Shown: piece by piece, positions 53,982 through 62,949 of the stretch | How the letters are laid out: every line of letters begins with the position of its first letter | How positions within the stretch are numbered: position 1 is the first letter of the stretch | DNA from: a virus | Length of the DNA: 64,000 nt | Reading direction: 5' to 3' (one strand) | IMG/VR virus record: IMGVR_UViG_3300017963_000206 | The notes under the pieces: model-generated | What the model saw: the letters and a program-made list of their open reading frames with translations, nothing else | Told to the model about the DNA's origin: nothing | The model's database searches: none | Program-made: the position numbers and the translations under genes

Positions 53982-55086
53982 CAGGATAACGCTCCTTCTT
54001 AGCGGTTATAAAGGGTGCGTATGCCTCCTTTAATTTCTGCACTTGGTCGATTCCGATTAGAACGATTTGTCGTTTCTTTTCATCCACGCGCATTTTATTC
54101 GATTCGATAAAATGTTGGATGGCTCCGAGAAGGCGATAGAAAATTCCTTTGGTCGGGGCTTCGAGTAGAAAAGCGTTATCAGCTTCCATCACCTGTACTC
54201 TTGAACTCACGACTTCATCCAGCACGAGACTTTTTTTCCACTTCAGGTTCTCTTTGTACTTTTGATAACCTTCGACCACGAAGTAAACGTCCGAGATAGT
54301 TCCATCGGTAAAATAGTTCATAGAGTTTACGGATGTTTTGATAGTTCTCCAAAAAACCACATCTTTACCATAAATATCGAAAACCTCCGCATCCTCCCAA
54401 AGCCTTTCACGGATATCGAATACTTCCCGGACCCGCGAATAAACTTCTTCGTATGCAATCATATCAGCCATCAGAAGTTTCGTTCTCGTGTCAGTTGACA
54501 CTCTCCGGACTTGGATGTATCGGACATTCTGGAACTTCGCAATATACTTCAACAAATCGAAGAACTCGTGCCGATTACAACGGTTCAAAACGATAGAGAC
54601 TCTAGGCCGTTTAAGCTGCGGGATAATGAACTCCCAATCGGGTATATCCGAGCGACCCATAATCATTTTATTCGTCACGGGGTTTAGCGTGTGAATCGAA
54701 AGTCCGGAGCTTAAGTTACATTGATTCATAGCTCCGACCATCTCAGCCGCTTTATACCCATTGGTCCTACAACCGACTTTGAATCCCTCCGTCTGTAGAT
54801 ACGCCACGAGTTCCCTGAAGTAACCGTACACAAGCGCATCGGTGTTTTGTCCCGTGATATATATTTTTTCGATGCCGTACATTCTGCAAGTAGCAAGGAA
54901 CATCTCGAAGCGTTCCCATTCCGAGTAATGCGCGTTGGTATGATTCAGACCTTTAAATTCCGCTTCAAGGTCTTTACCGAGACAGAAAAAACAATTCACG
55001 TTGCATTTACCGAGCAGGTTAATGTTTGCGAAAGAATACTTTTCCCTGTTACGATTCTTCCGCGTGTTGACCACGATTCGTGACAT
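53950..55086 (-). CDS. Radical SAM protein
   Basis: CNVNCFFC (CxxxCxxC), ITG and RTNG; start by TAATG overlap at 55086. Confidence 0.85.
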   Translation of the reverse strand: MSRIVVNTRKNRNREKYSFANINLLGKCNVNCFFCLGKDLEAEFKGLNHTNAHYSEWERFEMFLATCRMYGIEKIYITGQNTDALVYGYFRELVAYLQTEGFKVGCRTNGYKAAEMVGAMNQCNLSSGLSIHTLNPVTNKMIMGRSDIPDWEFIIPQLKRPRVSIVLNRCNRHEFFDLLKYIAKFQNVRYIQVRRVSTDTRTKLLMADMIAYEEVYSRVREVFDIRERLWEDAEVFDIYGKDVVFWRTIKTSVNSMNYFTDGTISDVYFVVEGYQKYKENLKWKKSLVLDEVVSSRVQVMEADNAFLLEAPTKGIFYRLLGAIQHFIESNKMRVDEKKRQIVLIGIDQVQKLKEAYAPFITAKKERYPDESSVSDGQA

Positions 55087-56000
55087 TAGAGTTCTCCTGT
55101 ATCTTCGAGATGCTCCACTACGGAGTCCCAATTATCAGAAACGGCCTGAAGCTGTTTCTTCTCGTCAGCTTCTTTTTGCACCATATCCTTCCACTTCTTT
55201 TTGTCCCGGACGGAATTGATGCACTTTTTAATTAATGCTTCGAGCGTGGCGGGGTCAAGTGCATCGAGTTCCCAACACGTCTTCCCGTACTTAATCTCGT
55301 ATCCCGTCCCACGAGAGTCCGTTTGTTTTACGGGGTTCGGTGGGGGATTATGTTTCTGCACCTGATTCATATTCAGAGCGATACGTTTGAAATCGAAACC
55401 TCCTCCCGTGAACAATTGAAGGCGGTCCCGATTATCGCGGGTCATATCAATACCCGATGGGTCGTGGTCTCCGAAATGAAATACAACGGGTGTCTGTCCA
55501 TCCATGATGAATGTTTCCATACGCATCCCGGCCTTCCATACTGCGGTCTGCGAAGCGTAACCACGGCAAACCAGATATGGAACATCGAGAGGTTCGCAAG
55601 CCCTCCGGACGATGCTCGAAAGCGCATCTTTCTCAATCCAGACTTCCGGACGGTATTTCTGATTCTGCCACATATCAATGCTGTACTGATTGGCAACCGC
55701 TTCTATGATTTCCCCCGGACTACCCCAATGGGAGTTCGATTCCAGTTCCCGGAGATTATCGTTGATGGCGTTCCAATCAATCAGACCGCAAAGCCTCCCG
55801 GTACTTACCGCTTTACCGAGACGATTATACTCTCTCTGTTTGTTCGGTATCCAATTCTTCGATACGAACTGATAGTAAAGCTGCCTGAGTGTAAGTGAGT
55901 AACCTTGAGCTTGATATGTACGAATTATTTGGTTGGCCTTATCAATAAGGTCCAGTGTACTCGCTCGAAGATTTTTCTGTATGTATTCTATGCGTGGCAT
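55086..56000 (-). CDS. TopoVI-A/Spo11/JetD-like 5Y-CAP plus TOPRIM protein
   Basis: TLRQLYY (CAP Tyr), EVWIEKDAL, CRGY and FGDHDPSGIDM (DxD). Confidence 0.8.
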   Translation of the reverse strand: MPRIEYIQKNLRASTLDLIDKANQIIRTYQAQGYSLTLRQLYYQFVSKNWIPNKQREYNRLGKAVSTGRLCGLIDWNAINDNLRELESNSHWGSPGEIIEAVANQYSIDMWQNQKYRPEVWIEKDALSSIVRRACEPLDVPYLVCRGYASQTAVWKAGMRMETFIMDGQTPVVFHFGDHDPSGIDMTRDNRDRLQLFTGGGFDFKRIALNMNQVQKHNPPPNPVKQTDSRGTGYEIKYGKTCWELDALDPATLEALIKKCINSVRDKKKWKDMVQKEADEKKQLQAVSDNWDSVVEHLEDTGEL

Positions 56001-56025
56001 TGGTAGCCCTCCTTTCTAATAGTAT

Positions 56026-56056
56026 ATACGGAGTGTGATACTAAATGTCAAGGCTC
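56026..56056 (-). promoter_or_regulatory. Sigma70-type promoter of the toprim-rSAM operon
   Basis: TTGACA, 17 bp, TATATA/TATACT. Confidence 0.55.
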
Positions 56057-56063
56057 AAAACAA

Positions 56064-56468
56064 TTAATTCCTATTGTCGAAAGGGTCGGGTTTGTTTTTA
56101 CTTAAAGCAAAAGCGGTGAGCAAGACCTTCAAATCAAAGAGTGGACACGTTTCGTACTTCTCGATGTATCCAAACAATAAATCCAACGCCGCTTCGTAAC
56201 ATTTATACCCAACTTCCCCACGTTCAAATTGAGCCTTATCCAAGAAATTCATTATGGTCATAGCCACAATTATTTGCCCGGAATAATCTTTATAATTCTC
56301 GGCAACGTAGGAGACCAATTCCTTCCCGGTCTCTTCATTCATACAAATCACACGTTGCGCGACTGTAAGCCGAAGATGGCAATGTCTGAGTTTCTCGGCG
56401 GTCTGCGCCGTGTTCGTCCTGTTTCCATCTTCGCATAAAGAATTGAAGTCACATTCGGGTTTAGTCAT
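56064..56468 (-). CDS. Hypothetical protein
   Basis: 134-aa ORF. Confidence 0.55.
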   Translation of the reverse strand: MTKPECDFNSLCEDGNRTNTAQTAEKLRHCHLRLTVAQRVICMNEETGKELVSYVAENYKDYSGQIIVAMTIMNFLDKAQFERGEVGYKCYEAALDLLFGYIEKYETCPLFDLKVLLTAFALSKNKPDPFDNRN

Positions 56469-56586
56469 ATTTTTTCCTTTTTGCTTTTTCTTTACAATCA
56501 GGACAAATACGCCTTTTATTAATTCTTTTGGAACTCAGTTTCAGTATAATAACTTGCCGTGTTTTCTTACACCGGGGGCAAGTCAT
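56461..56586 (-). CDS. 41-aa Zn-ribbon protein (not in the ORF track)
   Basis: MTCPRCKKTRQVIILKLSSKRINKRRICPDCKEKAKRKKYD fills the gap and overlaps the next start. Confidence 0.6.
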   Translation of the reverse strand: MTCPRCKKTRQVIILKLSSKRINKRRICPDCKEKAKRKKYD

Positions 56587-56587
56587 T

Positions 56588-56890
56588 TCAATTGGTTTTC
56601 TCACGTTTCTTCCCTCTCTTTTTCTTTTTGGATTTCATGCCGACTTGCGCTTCCAAAATTTTAAGTAATCTTTCGGTCCACTTCTTCGCTTCTTTTCTAA
56701 CAGCTTTCACGTCCCAAAAAGTGTGATATGTGCAAAGTGTCCGATGCTCATTCATATCTACACATTCATTAGCCTCAACAGTCGAAACGTACACAGGATA
56801 TTTTGGCGGTCCATTCCCGGTGTACCAACCGTTGAATTTATTCGCGTAGCGTTTCCACGCTTTCTTATTGCGGATGAGTGCCAGCTTCAT
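56588..56890 (-). CDS. Hypothetical protein
   Basis: RBS AGGAGGT. Confidence 0.6.
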   Translation of the reverse strand: MKLALIRNKKAWKRYANKFNGWYTGNGPPKYPVYVSTVEANECVDMNEHRTLCTYHTFWDVKAVRKEAKKWTERLLKILEAQVGMKSKKKKRGKKREKTN

Positions 56891-56899
56891 TGAGACCTC

Positions 56900-57148
56900 C
56901 TAGTGTCCCGGAATAGTTGGCAGAGTAAAAATCATCTGCCCCGGTTTATTATGTTCCGTGTCTCTCGCCGGAATAAATTTAATACCGTTATCGAGTACAA
57001 TGAGATATGGCGGGAAGTGTATAGGTTTCCATCCAAGCTCCTCCATCTCTTCCCGGCGCATTCTCCGTACCTCCGCGATTCTTGCGTTCAAAATATTTAA
57101 GCTTGCCGTTTCATCCTTAAGGATACCGTCAATATCTAATAGTTCCAT
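56900..57148 (-). CDS. Hypothetical protein
   Basis: TAATG coupling. Confidence 0.6.
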   Translation of the reverse strand: MELLDIDGILKDETASLNILNARIAEVRRMRREEMEELGWKPIHFPPYLIVLDNGIKFIPARDTEHNKPGQMIFTLPTIPGH

Positions 57149-57747
57149 TATTGACTCCTCACTGGAAGACCGAAGTTATCAACCTTGCGGTCTATCCGGA
57201 AACAGTAGAGTAATGCGTCACCGAAAACATCCGCTTCAATTTGAGTATTCCGTCCGGGAACCTGTTTGGTTCTGCGGAGGAAGTGAAATATCTCGTGACC
57301 GAAAAGCCATACCGCCGCTTCATCGAAAGTATTGATATTGGTCTGACCGATGATGCTCCACCATTCCCTGACCTTGCCGTTATTATTCGCGGAGTTCCAT
57401 GCTCCTTTCTTGCATCCCTCCGGAACCGGAGGCCAAGTGCCATCCGGATTTTTATAAAGCGGTTTACGGCGCGTGTCAATCTGGAACGGAATAATTTTTT
57501 GAGCCACGGTACAGGATATCCTGTAATACGCTTTAATTCCAACACGGTCCCTTTTCTTCCGTGCGGGGTAATAGCACATACCATACACTCCACCGTGACC
57601 ACCTTTGGTACTCTGCGCCTTCACAGGCAGACGCATATTAATGTAAGCAAGCTCGGACGTATCGAACCGAGCCAACCAATCTTCGAGCCATGCAATCGTG
57701 GCGTATCGAAGCTTATCTTTGAAGTCCTGTTTAATCTTCCATTCCAT
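57148..57747 (-). CDS. Zincin-like (HExxH, SprT-like) metallopeptidase-fold protein
   Basis: LFGHEIFHFLR; YGMCY; RBS GGAGGGG before ATG 57747. Confidence 0.6.
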   Translation of the reverse strand: MEWKIKQDFKDKLRYATIAWLEDWLARFDTSELAYINMRLPVKAQSTKGGHGGVYGMCYYPARKKRDRVGIKAYYRISCTVAQKIIPFQIDTRRKPLYKNPDGTWPPVPEGCKKGAWNSANNNGKVREWWSIIGQTNINTFDEAAVWLFGHEIFHFLRRTKQVPGRNTQIEADVFGDALLYCFRIDRKVDNFGLPVRSQ

Positions 57748-57955
57748 CCGTTTCCCCTCCCTCAACTTTCCAATCTGCCGTACAGAATGTAGCCGCTCCA
57801 TCGTGCTTGCCCCCTTGATAATACTCAGTATATTCGACACACACGGAGGGCAACCCAACTTTGGTCGTGAGTCTGCATCCTTTACGGCACACTTTTCGTT
57901 TTCCGTATTTCCAATAACCATCACACACAAAAGTTTTTTCGTCTTTCTTAGCCAC
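57731..57955 (-). CDS. Small Cys-rich protein
   Basis: GTG at 57955 after GGAGGT; five Cys. Confidence 0.5.
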   Translation of the reverse strand: MAKKDEKTFVCDGYWKYGKRKVCRKGCRLTTKVGLPSVCVEYTEYYQGGKHDGAATFCTADWKVEGGETDGMED

Positions 57956-58586
57956 TGACCACCTCCATGTCAGGAAGTTCGATTCCGTGTTCCGCTGCGA
58001 ACTTCTTTTGAAAATCATACGGTATCAGAGATTTCCCCGCGCTCTTACAAATGAGCGGGTACACGCGAACCTCCCGACCATCGTGCATGTCATAAGGAAG
58101 ATTCGCAATCCAAGCAATTTGCCAAAGCGACCAACGTGCGATTTTCTTTCTTCCGGCAAGCATTTGATAGTGGACCAAATCATCCGGGTCCATTTTAAAT
58201 TCTTTGTGTCGTGTTCTATCGTATTTCGGAAACGGTTTTGTTTGCAGAATAAACTTTCTTAAGACCGAACCTCCCTCATCATACTCGATGTTATTTCGCT
58301 CGATGTAAATGTAAGGCTTTTCATTTTCAAAAACCCAACGGGTCGCATCAAGAATTCTTCCGTCTTCCAAAATTATCCAACCGTGTCTTTGCCAACCACG
58401 ATTGAAATTTTTTCCGAAGATGGGAGCGTCCGGATTTACCTTACCGAGAAAATGTCCGTAGGCCGCACGACCTTCAACCAATCCTGCATCGAGAATCTTG
58501 CACGAGATTCCGTAACAGTTTCCAATCCAATCTTCCGGGGGAAGCTCGATTGCCTTTGCAACTTTTCCGACAGCGAGCTTCTTCAT
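57948..58586 (-). CDS. Transglutaminase-like cysteine-peptidase fold protein
   Basis: GNCY (Cys), RHGW (His) and ILDAT (Asp) in TGase order. Confidence 0.6.
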   Translation of the reverse strand: MKKLAVGKVAKAIELPPEDWIGNCYGISCKILDAGLVEGRAAYGHFLGKVNPDAPIFGKNFNRGWQRHGWIILEDGRILDATRWVFENEKPYIYIERNNIEYDEGGSVLRKFILQTKPFPKYDRTRHKEFKMDPDDLVHYQMLAGRKKIARWSLWQIAWIANLPYDMHDGREVRVYPLICKSAGKSLIPYDFQKKFAAEHGIELPDMEVVSG

Positions 58587-58828
58587 TTAATCCCCCGCGA
58601 TTTTTTCTGTGCGGGGCTGAGTTTGTCTGCGGGTATTGAGAAGAAATCTTTAAGAAGTTCAAAATCCATTTCGGAACGCACTTTACTTTTTTTGTAGAAA
58701 ATATTTTTTTGTTTCTCGGATACGACTAGAAATTTTCCAGCGGCGTTCTCGATGAGGAACCAGTTCCCCCTCCCTTTCTTACGCATCTCCTTTTCTGCGT
58801 CTTCGATTTTGTCGTGAAGTTTCGGCAT
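58583..58828 (-). CDS. Hypothetical protein
   Basis: RBS AGGAGGTGA. Confidence 0.65.
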   Translation of the reverse strand: MPKLHDKIEDAEKEMRKKGRGNWFLIENAAGKFLVVSEKQKNIFYKKSKVRSEMDFELLKDFFSIPADKLSPAQKKSRGIK

Positions 58829-58884
58829 CGGTTCACCTCCTGTTTTGGTATAAAGTTCGGTTTTATCTAACCTTTACATTATAT

Positions 58885-58913
58885 ATTATACCAAAAGGGA
58901 GAGTGAATGTCAA
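58885..58913 (-). promoter_or_regulatory. Perfect sigma70 promoter with extended -10
   Basis: TTGACA-17-TATAAT with TGn. Confidence 0.8.
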
Positions 58914-58932
58914 GGGTAAAAATAATTTATTA

Positions 58933-59271
58933 TCAGGGCTTAACCAGTACGCCTTGACCTTTACACTTTTCACAGGTTGAATCGTCTTCTAGCATACCTG
59001 TACCGTCACATTCAGGGCAATCAGGTAATTCATCTTCAGAGACTACAGGCTCGGTTAATTCCGGTTCCGGTATTTCTGATTCGGGGATGGGTTCTGTTTT
59101 TTCAAAAGTAGGTCGTGATAAAAGCTGAGTCCAATTATTCGTTAACCATGTGTGTATTTGAATTAAATCTTCATGTGTTAGTGTGTCATGCGGCAAAGTT
59201 ATAAATGCCGCTCTACGATTTTTTAAAGGTATGCCGAAACGCGTTAACTTATTTTTTCCCGATTCCTTCAT
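58933..59271 (-). CDS. Protein with DnaJ-type Zn-finger C-terminus
   Basis: CPECDGTG...CEKCKGQG. Confidence 0.65.
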   Translation of the reverse strand: MKESGKNKLTRFGIPLKNRRAAFITLPHDTLTHEDLIQIHTWLTNNWTQLLSRPTFEKTEPIPESEIPEPELTEPVVSEDELPDCPECDGTGMLEDDSTCEKCKGQGVLVKP

Positions 59272-59515
59272 TCACCTTCCTCCGTTTTTGCTGTTCCTTA
59301 AATTTTGCTCCGAGTATCACAGAAAATTTTCCTGCCGCGAGTTTGTGTTTGCCTTTACCTTGTAACATTGAGCGGATTAATTTTTTTATTCTGATGCGTT
59401 CCTTCTTCGTTGCCTTTCCAAAATCTTTACAACCACCATTCTTTAACCCGTGGTGCATCATGTAACATCCGAGAACCAAATCGCACTTCGTACATTTGAC
59501 GAACTTAAGCTTCAC
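59249..59515 (-). CDS. Small basic Cys-containing protein
   Basis: CTKC...C...C. Confidence 0.5.
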   Translation of the reverse strand: MKLKFVKCTKCDLVLGCYMMHHGLKNGGCKDFGKATKKERIRIKKLIRSMLQGKGKHKLAAGKFSVILGAKFKEQQKRRKVNEGIGKK

Positions 59516-59744
59516 GTTTTTTCTTTCCCTTGAAAATATATTTTGCGAACCTAGTTACGTTTCCAAGTTTACTCCGATGTTTTATCATCTTCGTTTTGAT
59601 TTTATATTTCTCACGAAGAATATGAATTACAGCCGCCAACCTGAAACACCCGTATTCTTCGAGAGCTTCGAGCGGAGTTATCGACCCGTATCTTTTCAGA
59701 TGTTTGCGAATCGACTTCAGTTGAGTTTTAGAACGGGTCGTCAT
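59505..59744 (-). CDS. Winged HTH protein
   Basis: GSITPLEALEEYGCFRLAAVIHILR, a common phage HTH pattern. Confidence 0.75.
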   Translation of the reverse strand: MTTRSKTQLKSIRKHLKRYGSITPLEALEEYGCFRLAAVIHILREKYKIKTKMIKHRSKLGNVTRFAKYIFKGKKKREA

Positions 59745-60453
59745 GGTACTTACCTCTTGCTGTGATTTTTGCGAGTCGGAAAGGTTTCACAGTGTAACCG
59801 AACACTTTAAGTTCCTCAGTCATTTGGTCTTCGATATCCAGATTTTCGAGTCTAAAATATTCTTTACATTCATCAACCTTACCATTGTTTTCAAATATTT
59901 GCTTTATAATCCGGGCATGAATTATTTGAAGGTCTCCCCACTCCCCGCCGTACTGCCGTACCTTGATATTGTAAAGAAGCTCCTCCATGATTTCCTGCGT
60001 GGTCCAGACCGCTCCGAGAATATGTTTGGCTAGACCCTTGTAAACATCCGACTCGTATGTAACCTGTCGGGTCATATCGAGAAACTCGTGGACCGCCAAG
60101 CACCAGATAACATTCTGCGCTTCCTCATCGTCAATCATCTTCCGGTAGTATTCGACCTGATGCGGATGAATTTTGAATTGGCTTTTTCGATTGCTACCTT
60201 TTATCTCTCCGAAAATCGGGAGTCCGGATTGTTGGAGTTGAATGTCAGGGAGACCGTCAAGCTCCGTACTCCGGACTCTCCGATATCCGAAATGTAAGGC
60301 GAAGAGTTCTTCAAAAAATTTACCTACAACGATTCTGACCTGATGTGCGCTATAGAGAGGTTTGTCCGTCCACGCATGGTCCCCGGTAGAAAGAACCGCT
60401 TGCCGTTCCTTCGGCTTGAGTTTCGTCTTTTTTGGTTCTTTCTTTTTTCCCAT
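59728..60453 (-). CDS. PD-(D/E)xK nuclease-fold protein
   Basis: FEE...LPDI...GEIKGS. Confidence 0.6.
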   Translation of the reverse strand: MGKKKEPKKTKLKPKERQAVLSTGDHAWTDKPLYSAHQVRIVVGKFFEELFALHFGYRRVRSTELDGLPDIQLQQSGLPIFGEIKGSNRKSQFKIHPHQVEYYRKMIDDEEAQNVIWCLAVHEFLDMTRQVTYESDVYKGLAKHILGAVWTTQEIMEELLYNIKVRQYGGEWGDLQIIHARIIKQIFENNGKVDECKEYFRLENLDIEDQMTEELKVFGYTVKPFRLAKITARGKYHDDPF

Positions 60454-60897
60454 TTACTTCCACGACTCTGCATCGAGAATTGTGTTCAAAAGATTTTTCA
60501 TGGTTGCCAAGTCACCCTGCATCTTTTCCGGAACTTTTACAACATCCAGAATTTCTTTTAACCTTGCGATATATTTAAATTGTACTTCGCAGAAATCGTC
60601 ACCTTCTTTCGCCGGGATTGCAAGCATGAGGGGAAAGAGATTCGGGACCGGACCATAATCTTCGACTATCGGGATATCCGGATGCTCGATATATAAAGCG
60701 AAACACCGATGGTGGAAATCCCATCCTGCAAATTCGGACTTCACGATTTTCTTTATATCAAGCTCAAAAGTTTTTCCATCGTGAGTGCATTGTAAACCTA
60801 TCATTCTCTCTCGCACATCACTGATGGGGAATAACAGGTGCAGTAACTTATCGGGGGTAAGTTGCATTAGTCCGATAGGCTTGATTGGTTCTTCCAT
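60454..60897 (-). CDS. Hypothetical protein
   Basis: RBS GGAGG. Confidence 0.6.
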   Translation of the reverse strand: MEEPIKPIGLMQLTPDKLLHLLFPISDVRERMIGLQCTHDGKTFELDIKKIVKSEFAGWDFHHRCFALYIEHPDIPIVEDYGPVPNLFPLMLAIPAKEGDDFCEVQFKYIARLKEILDVVKVPEKMQGDLATMKNLLNTILDAESWK

Positions 60898-60929
60898 TAT
60901 TTTCCTCCGTACAAAAAAATATAAGGGTC

Positions 60930-61049
60930 ACGGAGGATGCAAGCATTCACTTTCACCCCGACTCGATTCCTCCCCTATAGACTACACATCTATAAAGAAC
61001 ATCGGAATAAAAGAACGATTCTGCCTCAATCTAACCTTGCATCCTCCGC
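60930..61049 (-). ncRNA. Candidate structured intergenic RNA of about 120 nt
   Basis: 13-bp perfect terminal inverted repeat plus an internal 11-bp stem with G-U pairs on the minus strand. Confidence 0.45.
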
Positions 61050-61051
61050 AA

Positions 61052-61345
61052 TTATTCGTCCCATACAAGTTCGAGCTTATCGAGTTCCTCTCGATGAAAA
61101 CTACAAGCGGATGTTACGATGATGTCGCTACCGATGGCAACTATCTCACCTTCAAAATTTTTCCGCTTCCAATCGAGATTGGTCTTACCTTTCACTTTAA
61201 GTCTCAAGAGACTTTGACGTTTTTCTCTGTTGAGTTCTTTCCCCTTCATCCATTTCTTCAAACGGATTTCCCGGTTACGCTTTTGTTTCTTTGTCATAGT
61301 CGAACACCGCGAGTAATTTAAGTTTGACGGGATACACGATATCAT
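61052..61345 (-). CDS. Small basic protein
   Basis: Probable start MTKKQK. Confidence 0.55.
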   Translation of the reverse strand: MISCIPSNLNYSRCSTMTKKQKRNREIRLKKWMKGKELNREKRQSLLRLKVKGKTNLDWKRKNFEGEIVAIGSDIIVTSACSFHREELDKLELVWDE

Positions 61346-61556
61346 CCCGGACCCATTTTATTTTTCCAGTTTTCAGTTCGATGATTTGCACGGTTTCTTC
61401 ATCCCCGATTTCATCATCACGCTCTTCCCATGTGACCATGTAAACCGTGCGCTTCTGCCCGGACTTCGCACCGGGAGAATAAACAAAGGTCTCTCCGGGA
61501 TTAAGTTTGAAAAGATATTTAGATTGAGGAACGTGATGCCCTAGCTCTACTTCCAT
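61275..61556 (-). CDS. Small SH3-like beta protein
   Basis: L.PGETFVY...YMVT...QIIELKTG. Confidence 0.55.
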   Translation of the reverse strand: MEVELGHHVPQSKYLFKLNPGETFVYSPGAKSGQKRTVYMVTWEERDDEIGDEETVQIIELKTGKIKWVRDDIVYPVKLKLLAVFDYDKETKA

Positions 61557-61921
61557 CTTGCGTTCTCCTTCCTTATTTTTCTATCGTACTTCGCTTGAAC
61601 TCGGTCATAGTTACCGTCAAGTTCCTCCGCACAATTATCGCAAACTCGCCGTAACTCTCTTACAAATTTTACTTTTTTTCCTTTTCCTTTAAGAACCCGG
61701 ATTTTCCGAAGCTGACTACATTCTTTACAAACAGGCTCGTCACACCAACCGCAAACATAATCAGCTTTGGAAATCCCGGATAAATCAGCTATACCGCCCC
61801 CGACTTTTATTCCAGCGGGAGCGGTACAGAACTGATTTGCAATACAACAGGGTTCGTTTGGCATCTTACCCCATTTCGGAACCGCCGATTGTAGCGGGTT
61901 CGTCTGCTTCCATTTCCTCAT
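61547..61921 (-). CDS. Multi-Cys Zn-finger protein
   Basis: CC...C, CGWC, CKEC and CDNC. Confidence 0.55.
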   Translation of the reverse strand: MRKWKQTNPLQSAVPKWGKMPNEPCCIANQFCTAPAGIKVGGGIADLSGISKADYVCGWCDEPVCKECSQLRKIRVLKGKGKKVKFVRELRRVCDNCAEELDGNYDRVQAKYDRKIRKENARWK

Positions 61922-62468
61922 CTTTGGAAGCGGTCACTTCAACGCGCTCCGCTTCAGGCGGGGTCTCGTCTTCGTTTTTTTCTTTTGTTTTTTCAGCTTT
62001 CTCACTCGCATACTTTGATGCGGTGACAAGGAAAATCCCCGGCAATTCCCCTGCTAATTCTTCAAGCATACGCGGGAGAATAAGTGCCGCCATCGGGGGG
62101 TTGTCCAATTCGAGATTCTTTATAATCGTGGAGATGGCGAGACTCTTAACGGTTGTGCTGAAAACTCTCATCAAGTCTTCAGTGTCAAGCGGATGGTGTA
62201 AAGCTCGGATGGCTTCCGGAAGATATTTGTCGATTAGATATTCCCCGATTTCCGTTGCTTTACCGCCGCCTTCGAGAAGCTTCATGTCTTCCATGTTTTT
62301 GTGCAGGAGCTTTGTCGAAATGTAATCGGGGTTCGCTCCTTTCGATGCGATTTTTGCAATGACATCAAGAATAGCTTCGATACCACGCAACCCTTTCTTT
62401 TTTCCGGGCTGTTCTTCAGACTGAGAAGCTTCCTGCTCCTGCTCGTCCTTCTTCATTTCCTCTGGCAT
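61866..62468 (-). CDS. Hypothetical protein with winged-helix-like segment
   Basis: LLEGGGKATEIGEYL wing-like motif; RBS GGAGG. Confidence 0.6.
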   Translation of the reverse strand: MPEEMKKDEQEQEASQSEEQPGKKKGLRGIEAILDVIAKIASKGANPDYISTKLLHKNMEDMKLLEGGGKATEIGEYLIDKYLPEAIRALHHPLDTEDLMRVFSTTVKSLAISTIIKNLELDNPPMAALILPRMLEELAGELPGIFLVTASKYASEKAEKTKEKNEDETPPEAERVEVTASKDEEMEADEPATIGGSEMG

Positions 62469-62949
62469 TTTTTCTTTCCTCCAAACGTGCTTTGAAAAGT
62501 TTACGCGCTTTCCCTAATGGACCGTCAAGTGTTTTCACGGTTGGAACTCTAGGTCTATGATGGGAAGCGTGACTATCGAAAACGAGTTGTGCCGCTTCGG
62601 TTAATTCCACGGCTATATCGAGAATCTCCTGCATCTCTTCTTTGATTCTCGCGGTGATTTCCTCTTTGTAAAGATTTATACAATCCGGGTACTCACCCCA
62701 ATAATTATCGCGTCCGAGAAGGGAGCATTGGAATTCATTTTCAGTAGTGTCCATGTTCATAGGATGATTATAAGATTCCGGATTTGAGGGAGTACCGAAG
62801 GGGCAATCATCACAACTGAAATAATTGTAATCCGAGATTACTAAAGCGGGATTCCCATAATGCCCTAATTCAAAAAACCATTGCAGGAGTCTCGCTTTCT
62901 TAATCTTCTCCGCTTCCTCTTTCTTATAATCCTTATCAAGATTTGACAT
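62416..62949 (-). CDS. Hypothetical Cys-containing protein
   Basis: CDDCPFG...C...C; probable start MSNLDK. Confidence 0.55.
   Translation of the reverse strand: MSNLDKDYKKEEAEKIKKARLLQWFFELGHYGNPALVISDYNYFSCDDCPFGTPSNPESYNHPMNMDTTENEFQCSLLGRDNYWGEYPDCINLYKEEITARIKEEMQEILDIAVELTEAAQLVFDSHASHHRPRVPTVKTLDGPLGKARKLFKARLEERKNARGNEEGRAGAGSFSV

Noticed and set aside
53950-55086. Radical SAM as a viperin-like antiviral enzyme
   Set aside because: The viperin N-x-H-F motif before the CxxxCxxC and the GGEP motif are absent; the family cannot be assigned by eye.
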